Origin: a virus
Lineage: Duplodnaviria > Caudoviricetes
Reading direction: 5' to 3' (one strand)
DNA: 31,459 nucleotides
Virus record (IMG/VR): IMGVR_UViG_3300049722_000032
Span: 1-31,459 of that record
Below the pieces are notes generated by a model that saw nothing but the letters and a program-made list of their open reading frames with translations, did no database searches and was not told the origin of the DNA. Positions 31,438 to 31,459 of this stretch are shown here, piece after piece. Made by a program: the position numbers and the translations under genes. Position 1 is the stretch's first letter. Every line of letters starts with the position of its first letter.

Positions 31438-31459
31438 AGTGAGCCTCAATTTATATACC

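Larger units (their letters stand above)
2432..31459 (-). mobile_element. Mu-like transposable prophage, late region and right end
   Basis: Mu-type gene order (gp27-gp48 equivalents) and a TG-initiated end with repeated boxes at the junction with host pyk. Confidence 0.92.

Overview
Positions 1-2431 are host DNA: the 3' part of an APC-family permease (+) and a convergent pyruvate kinase (-) with a probably leaderless sigma70 promoter. From a TG-terminated end at 2432 to the window edge lies the late region of a Mu-like transposable myoprophage, all on the minus strand. Gene order is endolysin/lysis genes, TraR/DksA, terminase, a portal-gpF fusion, gpG, protease/scaffold, decoration protein, capsid, an accessory block, neck, sheath, tube, chaperone, tape measure, gp43-gp48 baseplate, tail fibre and fibre chaperone. 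No gin or mom is present. The most unusual feature is about 30 short palindromic elements of at least six families placed at gene or domain boundaries. The most striking is a two-hairpin element (family E, my label) with variable but covarying stems, conserved tandem G.A pairs and GNA/GNNA loops. Its end coincides with a stop codon in one orientation and with an SD plus ATG in the other, and it also occurs in frame inside the portal and protease genes. Also notable: three signal-peptide, even-cysteine proteins inside the head operon; an A9 slippery site that could uncouple portal from gpF; and a candidate inverted-topology spanin. All product calls come from motif recognition and synteny, not database searches.
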